From Candidatus Micrarchaeota archaeon (GTDB lineage Archaea > Micrarchaeota > Micrarchaeia > Norongarragalinales > SBBD01), in the NCBI GenBank assembly GCA_038046605.1, contig JBBSVW010000076.1:1-15119 (forward strand): a stretch of 15,119 nt of DNA, written 5' to 3'. Positions 13,701 through 15,119 of this stretch are shown here, one piece after another. A program made the translations under genes and the position numbers. How positions within the stretch are numbered: the first letter of the stretch is position 1; the number at the start of each line of letters is the position of its first letter. Below the pieces are notes generated by a model, which saw nothing but the letters and a program-made list of their open reading frames with translations, searched no databases and was not told the origin of the DNA.

Positions 13701-15119
13701 TGAAAATCCTTGCCACATACAAGCTTGAAAGCGAAAAGGTCGTTGCCGACGTGAAGATCGTTGAGCGCGACAATGAATACATCAACACCTACGAGCTCGA
13801 ATACCTCCAGCTAAATGAGGCAACTAAAGCGGTCCTGAACAAGCTCAAGGAAAAAATAGTTGAAAAGGTCGACCTTAACATCTCGGATCTGATGGTTTCT
13901 GGCGAGGAGCCAAATGTGCGCAAGAAGTTCTCCGAGAAGGCGCGCGAATTCGTGAAAAAGGAGTTTCCGGATGCAACGACGGACGAGATGGAGTTCATGC
14001 TGGGCAAGCTCATCCAGGAAATGCTGGGCCTTGGCGATCTCGAGCTTTTGCTTGCGGACCCGCAGCTGGAAGAAGTGATCGTCAACTCCTCGCGCGAGCC
14101 CCTATGGGTATACCATCGCAAATTTGGCTGGCTGAAAACCAACCTTACCATACCAACTGAAGCGCAGATCCAGAATTATTCGGAAATAATTGCCCGCAAG
14201 GTCGGCAGGCAAATCACATCCCTAACCCCCCTGCTTGATGCCAACCTCCTATCGGGAAGCCGTGTGAATTCCGTGCTCCTTCCAATTGCCTCCAAGGGAA
14301 ACAGCATAGTCATAAGGAAGTTCCGCGCCGACCCTTGGACAATTGTCAATTTGATTGATCCATCCGTTGCCACCCTGAATGCCGATGTTGCAGCGCTCCT
14401 TTGGATTTGCGTGCAATATGAAATGAACATCCTTGTCGGAGGGGGGACTGGAAGTGGAAAAACCTCCTTCCTCAATTCCATCATGCTATTCACCCCAACC
14501 AACCAGCGCATCGTATCAATTGAGGATACGCGGGAGCTTGTGCTTCCGGATTTCACGCATTGGACGCCCATGGTCACGCGCCAGCCCAATTCCGAAAACA
14601 AGGGGGAGATAACCATGCTTGACCTAATGGTCAATTCCCTTCGTATGCGGCCTGATCGCATCATCGTTGGCGAGGTTCGCCGTCAGCGCGAGGCTGAAAC
14701 GATGTTCGAAGCCATGCACACCGGCCATGCCGTTTATTCGACATTCCATGCAGAGGATGTATTCCAGCTTAAAAGCCGCCTTGTCAACCCGCCGGTGAAC
14801 ATACCCGAGCTCTCGCTTGGCGCGCTAAATCTAGTTGTGATGCAATATAGGCAAAGGCGAAGCGGCATTAGAAGGTGCTTTGAAATTGCCGAATTCATCG
14901 AGGAGGACAACAAGATCAGCATCAATGTCATCTATCGCTGGAACCCATCAATTGACCAGGTGGAAAAAGTGGGTGAATCCATCCGCCTCTACACTACCCT
15001 TGGCCTTTACACCGGCATGAAGCCAAAGGAAATCACTGGCGAACTCGAAACACGCGCAAGGGTACTAACATACATGTCAAAGAAAGGGATCACATCGGTC
15101 AACAATGTCGGCAGGATTA
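13697..15119 (+). CDS. Type II/IV secretion system (TadA/CpaF/FlaI/VirB11-family) pilus assembly ATPase, 3'-truncated by the window end
   Basis: Not in the ORF track because there is no stop in the window. Hand translation: MMKILATYKLESEKVVADVKIV...GLGDLELLLADPQLEEVIVN...IRKF...Walker A GGTGSGKT (14441-14464), Asp box SIEDTREL, SLRMRPDRIIVGEVR (Walker B), His box AMHTGHAVYSTFHA. Confidence 0.95.
   Translation, partial: MMKILATYKLESEKVVADVKIVERDNEYINTYELEYLQLNEATKAVLNKLKEKIVEKVDLNISDLMVSGEEPNVRKKFSEKAREFVKKEFPDATTDEMEFMLGKLIQEMLGLGDLELLLADPQLEEVIVNSSREPLWVYHRKFGWLKTNLTIPTEAQIQNYSEIIARKVGRQITSLTPLLDANLLSGSRVNSVLLPIASKGNSIVIRKFRADPWTIVNLIDPSVATLNADVAALLWICVQYEMNILVGGGTGSGKTSFLNSIMLFTPTNQRIVSIEDTRELVLPDFTHWTPMVTRQPNSENKGEITMLDLMVNSLRMRPDRIIVGEVRRQREAETMFEAMHTGHAVYSTFHAEDVFQLKSRLVNPPVNIPELSLGALNLVVMQYRQRRSGIRRCFEIAEFIEEDNKISINVIYRWNPSIDQVEKVGESIRLYTTLGLYTGMKPKEITGELETRARVLTYMSKKGITSVNNVGRI

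Noticed and set aside
13010-14931. Minus-strand ORFs 13010-13642, 13497-13718, 13789-14151, 14176-14664 and 14734-14931
   Set aside because: Antisense shadows of the wHTH and ATPase genes, with no recognisable motifs.
13697-15119. Calling the locus an archaellum (flaI/flaH)
   Set aside because: No archaellin, FlaF/G or FlaJ is visible and the KaiC-fold protein lacks Walker A; the pilin types point to a non-archaellar type IV pilus.

Overview
Archaeal window, probably DPANN-like (inferred from TATA/BRE promoters, AGGTG(A) ribosome-binding sites, class III signal peptides and the gene families present). It encodes a type IV pilus/surface-adhesin locus. A minus-strand cluster of six prepilin-like genes (11536 down to 2003) includes two tandem paralogous giant vWA proteins (929 and ~1247 aa). 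The larger carries a 7-repeat beta-propeller-like module inserted inside its vWA domain, and the smaller has a degenerate MIDAS site. A Walker-A-less RecA/KaiC-fold protein and a membrane protein lie upstream. A wHTH/coiled-coil gene and a TadA/FlaI-type secretion ATPase (truncated by the window end) are transcribed divergently. The left end holds an apparently orphan AbrB/MazE gene and an AlbA_2/RecG-C/wHTH gene bracketed by inverted arrays of a 10-bp repeat. The most unusual non-coding signal is a ~46-49 nt G-rich hairpin element present twice with a compensatory base-pair change. One copy follows its own TATA-like box between the divergent operons (12943-12988, +). The other sits just after the large vWA gene (3117-3165, -), flanked by an exact 29-bp duplication of that gene's 3' end. 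All family assignments are by motif recognition; no searches were run.
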